Shown here one piece after another: positions 61,440 through 64,000 of a stretch of DNA of 64,000 bases (the first letter of the stretch is position 1; each line of letters starts with the position of its first letter). This stretch comes from an uncultured virus (IMG/VR IMGVR_UViG_3300044858_004828). Lineage: Duplodnaviria; Heunggongvirae; Uroviricota; Caudoviricetes. Made by a program: the position numbers and the translations under genes. The stretch is from IMG/VR virus record IMGVR_UViG_3300044858_004828. One strand, 5' to 3'. The notes below the pieces were generated by a model, which was given only the letters and a program-made list of their open reading frames with translations, had not been told where the DNA came from and made no database searches.

Positions 61440-61748
61440 TCACGGCGTCAGCTTCAACGACGGTCCAGTGTTAAGACCAGTCGAAGGAGTGACAAGCCCC
61501 TTATTCAAACTTGCATCATACTGAGTCTTGAGCTCTTCAAGCGGATCAATGCTGAATGCAATAAAACTATGAGGAATTTCAACACCCTTAGAAGCCTTAG
61601 TATACATCATCCAAGGCATTAGTCCAATTTGTCCTTGACCAACCGGAACCAGAATTGCTGGGTCCTTGAGAGTCACATGATTATCTGTCATCTCATAACG
61701 TGCTAAAATTTCTTCGCCTGAGTTTAGTCTAAATACTTTTACGTTCAT
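61440..61748 (-). CDS. Small Sm-like-fold protein
   Basis: VKVFRLNSGEEILAR...LKDP..L....IGLMPW. Confidence 0.65.
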   Translation of the reverse strand: MNVKVFRLNSGEEILARYEMTDNHVTLKDPAILVPVGQGQIGLMPWMMYTKASKGVEIPHSFIAFSIDPLEELKTQYDASLNKGLVTPSTGLNTGPSLKLTP

Positions 61749-61777
61749 TTTGTTTCCTTTATAAAATGGTTAGAACT

Positions 61778-61805
61778 ATTATACTTAGCATCATTTTAAT
61801 AGCAA
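61778..61805 (-). promoter_or_regulatory. Sigma70-like promoter TTGCTA-N16-TATAAT
   Basis: Upstream of the Sm-like and deaminase genes. Confidence 0.65.
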
Positions 61806-61816
61806 GCATTAATCCA

Positions 61817-62512
61817 ATGAAATCATTCAAAAACTTTTTAATCGAAATGGCACCACCTGCACCAGCATCAACACCAGCACAACAAAATGATGATCCATTT
61901 GGTGGAAATGAACAAATTAAAAAATTATATGGTGCAATCGTAGCGGCAGAACATGAAGCCGAAAAACCAAAAGATCCTTATGCGTTTGATAAAAATTTAT
62001 ATATTCGCACAAAGGCTGGCGGTGGAAAATCTACAGCCTATGGTCCAACACAAATTACAGTCAGCACTGCAAAAGGTTTTATGAAGACCCAGCCAAATCT
62101 ATTCAAGGGAATAGAGGGTTATGCAAAGCAGTATGCAGAACAAGGAAACAAATTTTTAAAAGCCAATGTAAAAGATCCACAGTATGGATTGGGTTGCGTT
62201 GGCGATCTATGCGATGAAAAGTATCACAAAGATTATCAAAAAATGTCATCTGCTATAATTCAAGGTAAAGCAAAAGAAAAGAAGCTTGATTTAACCAAGC
62301 CTCTTTCCGATGAAGGTTTAAATACCTTTATCCAATACTGGCGTGGAGCAGATGAAAAAGCCGATCCACGTTATTTTAATCGCTTCAGAGAAGCGTTCAA
62401 AGGAACTGAAGTTAAAAAGGCAACTCCTCCTCAACAACCTCAGAAACCCGCTGCAAAAACCACTCAGGTGCCGAAGAAGCCTTCCACTTCGCAAACCGCT
62501 CCTTCTCGTTGA
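61817..62512 (+). CDS. Lysozyme/lytic-transglycosylase-like protein with internal-head-type N-terminus
   Basis: Likely start MKSFKNFLIE. AIVAAE...STAYGPTQIT.STA resembles the SLT catalytic Glu and GxxQ motif. Confidence 0.55.
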   Translation: MKSFKNFLIEMAPPAPASTPAQQNDDPFGGNEQIKKLYGAIVAAEHEAEKPKDPYAFDKNLYIRTKAGGGKSTAYGPTQITVSTAKGFMKTQPNLFKGIEGYAKQYAEQGNKFLKANVKDPQYGLGCVGDLCDEKYHKDYQKMSSAIIQGKAKEKKLDLTKPLSDEGLNTFIQYWRGADEKADPRYFNRFREAFKGTEVKKATPPQQPQKPAAKTTQVPKKPSTSQTAPSR

Positions 62513-62972
62513 TATAATACTTACGATAAGCAACCACTGCGTTGCTATCCTTGTACTGGTCTGGCATAGCCTGTGCAAAAGGAGTAAGCTTTCCCTTTTT
62601 GATATTTGCTGGAGGATTGTACAATCCATCCATCAACATAGATTCCATTGCATGCACTTTTCCATATCTCGCAGTGTATTCCTTACACAAAGCATATGCA
62701 TGCTTCCAAAGCCAAAGATAGTTTGCTCTGGTCTCCCTTGCCCAAATAGTGCACGGGTGATTAATCATGGTTGCTTTGCAAATATTTTTTCTTGTGCAGA
62801 TACTGGTCTTGTACTTGCGCTTACCAGTATCAACAACAACTACATCACCATCAAGAACATGATGCGCAGTTGAAAGAAGCTGGCAAGACTCAAGAATCAT
62901 TTTGACAACGTGCTTATCACACATCATCTGTGCAGAAATCTCGGGCTGCTCATCCAAAACAAAAATATTCAT
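62412..62972 (-). CDS. Pyrimidine-dimer DNA glycosylase / DenV-family protein
   Basis: MNIFVLD..P..SAQMMCDKHVVKMILESCQLLSTAH...NHPCTIWAR..RANY.WL...EYT.RYGKVH...QAMP...AYRKYY. Confidence 0.8.
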   Translation of the reverse strand: MNIFVLDEQPEISAQMMCDKHVVKMILESCQLLSTAHHVLDGDVVVVDTGKRKYKTSICTRKNICKATMINHPCTIWARETRANYLWLWKHAYALCKEYTARYGKVHAMESMLMDGLYNPPANIKKGKLTPFAQAMPDQYKDSNAVVAYRKYYINEKERFAKWKASSAPEWFLQRVSEVVEEELPF

Positions 62973-64000
62973 ACTTCGTGGTTCTCAAAAATGTTGTTAA
63001 TAGTGCGATTGACTTTAATCAGTTTACCATTCGAATACAGTTCAGGCAAGTTAAAAGCGCCAACATAAGAGCAAGCCGAGCGCAAACCACCAAAAATTTC
63101 CTGTATCGTATTTCGTACAGATCCGCGATAGGGTACTTCAACTGTTCTTCCTTCCGATGCTCTATAATCGGAAAGCCCGCCATTGTACTTTTCATTTGCA
63201 GTCTTGCTGCTCATGCCGTAGTGCAACATTCGGAGCTCTCCATGCTCACCATGTCTAATTTCACCACCACATTCATCGTGACCAGCAAATACGCCACCAG
63301 CCATAGCAAAAGCCGAACCAGCAACAAAAGATTTTGCAAAATCGCCGGGGTGCACTATTCCGCCGTCAGCAACGATCCCAATACCTAATGCTTCTGCTAT
63401 TTGCGCACACTCTAGCACCGCTGAGAGCTGGGGATACCCGACTCCCGCCACTCGCCGGGTCAGACACATCGACCCCGACCCGATTCCCACCTTTACGAGA
63501 TCTACGCCAACTAGTGACAATGCCTCTACCCCCTCTGGGGTCACGACATTCCCAGCAATTAGAATTGATTTCGGCCATTTTTCTCTAACCTTTCTTGTAA
63601 AATTATGAAACTCTGTCATGTAGCCATTTGCCACATCGACACAAACAAAAGTAGGGTCAGCAATACTTGCTGAATCTACAAACAATTTGCTCTCGGAATC
63701 CAAACCAAGAGTCAAAGAAACATATTTTTCTTTATCGGGATAAGTGGATGCAAAGCTTGAATAATAATTACCACCTTTTTTCAAGCAAGTTACAATTTTG
63801 TATTCTGACAATACACTTGCCATTTCATGCGTACCGACTGTAGACATATTTGCTGCCATCAGCGGAACACCTCTCCAAGTAACACCAGACTTAAAAGTTT
63901 TTTCAACTTCCAGTGAAACTTCTTTTCTGGATTTTACTTTAGAGGTAGATGGTACAATAAGTACGTCAGAATAATCAAGCTTAGGCTCGTAATTAACAAT
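62969..64000 (-). CDS. guaC: GMP reductase (5' end at or just beyond the window edge)
   Basis: Frame open to 64000: KLDYSDVLIVP..S...SR..V, AANM.TVG, CVDVANGY, KVGIGSGSMC.TR...GVGYPQLSA, YGMSS, YRASEG, GGLRSACSYVGA. Confidence 0.93.
   Translation of the reverse strand: MVNYEPKLDYSDVLIVPSTSKVKSRKEVSLEVEKTFKSGVTWRGVPLMAANMSTVGTHEMASVLSEYKIVTCLKKGGNYYSSFASTYPDKEKYVSLTLGLDSESKLFVDSASIADPTFVCVDVANGYMTEFHNFTRKVREKWPKSILIAGNVVTPEGVEALSLVGVDLVKVGIGSGSMCLTRRVAGVGYPQLSAVLECAQIAEALGIGIVADGGIVHPGDFAKSFVAGSAFAMAGGVFAGHDECGGEIRHGEHGELRMLHYGMSSKTANEKYNGGLSDYRASEGRTVEVPYRGSVRNTIQEIFGGLRSACSYVGAFNLPELYSNGKLIKVNRTINNIFENHEV

Noticed and set aside
61766..61816. Apparent signal peptide MVRTIILSIILIAS on the lysozyme-like ORF
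   Set aside because: It overlaps a divergent promoter, and the downstream MKSFKNFLIE start fits an internal-protein pattern. It cannot be fully excluded; if real, the protein would be a secreted endolysin-like enzyme.

Overview
This 64 kb window is a gene-dense segment of a T4-like phage genome. The ORFs read intact in the standard code. I saw no tRNA, rRNA, CRISPR array, intron, intein or mobile element. All identifications come from motif recognition and T4 synteny, not database searches. Contents from left to right: (1) 1-9.2 kb, minus strand: a fibre/appendage block with collagen-like Gly-X-Y proteins rich in Gly-Pro-Thr, a Cys-rich protein and a beta-helix tailspike. (2) A GT2-TPR glycosyltransferase, then regA, gp62, gp44, gp45, gp46, gp47 and gp55. 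(3) A 12-gene glycan-biosynthesis operon (gmd, two SDR epimerases, two FkbM methyltransferases, seven glycosyltransferases) between gp55 and uvsY. (4) uvsY and uvsW. (5) The head/neck/tail module: gp3, 23, 22, 21, 67/68-like, 20, two gp19 paralogs, 18, 17, 16, 15, 14, 13. (6) A reduced baseplate module: short gp7/gp6, gp25, split gp27-like hub, gp53, gp48, gp4, gp54, gp26/gp51. (7) gp32 and gp33. (8) Accessory genes: Dps/ferritin-like, HExxH protein, a 1111-aa Gly/Cys-rich protein, deaminase, lysozyme-like internal protein, DenV-family glycosylase and GMP reductase. Most interesting signals: a candidate virion O-glycosylation system acting on Thr/Ser-rich collagen fibres; a -1 frameshift joining gp26 to a start-less gp51 C-terminal domain; a miniaturised tail/baseplate with no recognisable gp5, gp8 or long tape measure in their usual positions; a C-terminal domain shared by a collagen fibre and the hub protein; and a family of sigma70-like promoters with a 16-bp spacer.
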